A stretch of 64,000 bases of DNA, from assembly GCF_026571515.1 (NCBI RefSeq), contig NW_026866069.1, forward strand, positions 62,001 to 126,000. Direction: 5' to 3'. The notes beneath the pieces were generated by a model. That model was given only the letters and a program-made list of their open reading frames with translations, made no database searches and was not told the DNA's origin. Shown piece after piece: positions 62,301 through 64,000 of the stretch. Numbering within the stretch: position 1 is the first letter of the stretch; each line of letters begins with the position of its first letter. Source of the stretch: Ruditapes philippinarum. Lineage: Eukaryota. A program made the position numbers and the translations under genes.

Positions 62301-63968
62301 TTTAATATTTTAACCTTACAATATAAGAGGGAAAAAACTAGCAGCCACTCAACAGAGTTCCATTTGCTGTTAGCCTCAACTTTAGTCCACTTTACTATTA
62401 AATTTTGTGAAAAGGGTTAATACATTTTTATTACAAATAACTAAAATTGTAATATTTGTAGCAAAAAGGTTGTGTAATTGTAAACATAAATACATAACAC
62501 ATTTAAGTTGCCTATTACATTTTCATACAATTTTTAGCTCGACTTTTTCAAAGAAAAAAAGAGATATTGCTACAGTCACCCTCGAGTCAAGTATTAAACT
62601 TGAATTATAATTTGAGCTGCGCCATGACAAAACCAACATAATGCGTTTGCGACCAGCATGGATCCAGACCAGCCTGCTGTTCGCTAGCAGTTTCTCTACT
62701 TGTAATAGGGTTTGTAAGCGAACAGCATGGATCCTGATCTGTATCCATGCTGGTCCCAAACACACTCATTGGTTTTGTCATGGCACGGCTCATTTGTTTA
62801 AAACAGAAATGTTTTCTAGGAGTATTTTTTACTGCAATAATCTTTCTTCAATGTGTTTAAAAAGAAATAAGAAAAGTCAAAAGTGGTCCCCGCCCTTTCG
62901 TGTTTTTTTGGAACCCTCTGAATGTATTAAGAAAAAAAGAGTTACTAAATTTAAAAATTTTTTAAAAACCTTGGTTTTCTTTTTAATGTATAAAAATTGT
63001 TTAAATTTTTAAATAAAAATTTATACTTTTTTATGTTGTTTTTTTTATTTTTTTCACTGATTAAATATGATGAAAGGTGAAAGTTTTAAAAGATGCAAAA
63101 AAACTTCTCAGGACAACTTAAAGGAAAAGTAATATTGATAGTCAACTTGTTACTCTGGTAAAAAACTTGTTATTATTATGGCGAGCATAATATTGTTTTA
63201 TTCAACAAGTTCAATAAATTCAGTAATGAACCTACACAAATATAATATTCTATTTATCACATACCCAAAATAAAGACTATAAAGTGAAAAAGAATCATTC
63301 TTTCATTGTCGCGCCTATAGTGTAATGCTTACATTTAGCGCATCATTACACAAAAATATAACAAAAATGACATAACGTCAAAATATATGCATGACTGTGC
63401 AATACCATTTTCACGGAGTTGCAAAAGCGGCATGAGTGTGTGATAAAGGTTATATATCTTCTGTATCTATATTTGTTCTTGTATCAGTGAGCCTGGAAGA
63501 GCTCTGACACAACAGTACGCTTAATTACTTTTTGAGCATATTAAATATTTATATGTAAAAATGTTAGCCTGACTGGTTGATGTGTTGGCGATTATAAGAA
63601 AGTGTCTACACAACATAGGATACACATAAAGGCTAAGAAAATATGTGGTAAAATATTGTATATTGTTCAGGCGACATTTTTGATGTTTTTAAAATCGTTC
63701 TTGTTGCACCATTGTTTAGGTGCATTTATTAGAATGCAGTGATACAATAGAGAAAACAAGGACAAAATCTATCCCCATATTTTCCCTTTAATGATAACAC
63801 TTGCTTTTTCTATAGTCTTAATTGTTAATTTGAGAGAGAAAGTTAAGACGTTATCACTTATGTGATTAATTAATGGTTATAATTGTATCTATTTATAAAT
63901 ATACTTTGTTTTTGCAGTTAAACCTTGATGACTTAAAGAAAAGATTAGCACAATTAGAGAATATCACA
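53303..63968 (+). CDS. QRICH2 / C16orf96-like protein, 5' part (exon 53303-53785; probable exon 63918-63968; continues beyond the window)
   Basis: MPTAVSLSQMVDLSLGTPEIGSVNFNVMHTLLHAII and DMWQYMQLKKRVDANEEGVGK match the conserved N-terminus of the QRICH2/C16orf96 family. Donor AAG|GTATAT at 53785. A 51-nt phase-0 exon LNLDDLKKRLAQLENIT is flanked by tttgcag / gtaagt. Confidence 0.8.
55933..57848 (+). mobile_element. HINE-like element, family A (complete, about 10 monomers)
   Basis: tttttagctcacctgtcacaaagtgacagggtgagc start, (gtcc)n, about 165-bp monomers, end caggtgagcgacctcagggccatcatggccctcttgt; inserted in a T-run. Confidence 0.9.
60756..61064 (-). mobile_element. Kolobok-like MITE (inverted, older copy)
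   Basis: ttaa|aggaactccactga ... cctcagtggagtccct|ttaa. Confidence 0.7.
61550..61720 (+). mobile_element. tRNA-derived SINE (5'-truncated)
   Basis: A-box remnant tggttaagg (61553), B-box ggttcgagccc (61589-61599), non-tRNA body, aaataaata tail. Confidence 0.65.
62614..62791. mobile_element. Palindromic MITE, copy 3 (internally deleted)
   Basis: Same termini as 624-858; 4-bp TSD attt (62610-62613 / 62792-62795); both inner hairpins partly deleted. Confidence 0.85.
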
Positions 63969-64000
63969 GTAAGTGTGCTTTTTTATATGCTCGAAAGGGC

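Overview
AT-rich, intron-containing eukaryotic DNA. The repeat families and the single-exon HSPA12 gene suggest a bivalve mollusc (inference). Six host genes could be spliced by hand with consistent GT-AG phases: POLR3D/RPC4 (-, 3' end runs off the window start), FBXL15 (+), TMA16 (-), METTL22 (+), an HSPA12-type Hsp70 with an N-terminal array of about 11 x 26-aa repeats (+), and the 5' part of a QRICH2/C16orf96-like gene (+). A full-length 4420-bp Mutator (MULE, Phantom-like) transposon lies at 10441-14860. It has an 8-bp TSD, TIRs built from iterated 13-mers, and a 6-exon PHD-FLYWCH-DDE transposase with one frameshift. Introns and intergenic DNA hold many non-autonomous elements: at least 7 Helentron/HINE-like satellite-carrying families with 145-180 bp monomers, a fully palindromic Sola-like MITE (x3), Kolobok-like and piggyBac-like MITEs, a tRNA-derived SINE and a 58-bp minisatellite, several of them nested. 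There is no CRISPR array or prokaryotic system, and I cannot support a wholly new biological system. The best leads are the HSPA12 repeat extension, the PHD-bearing MULE, and TE-borne perfect RFX X-boxes around a putative cilia/flagella gene.
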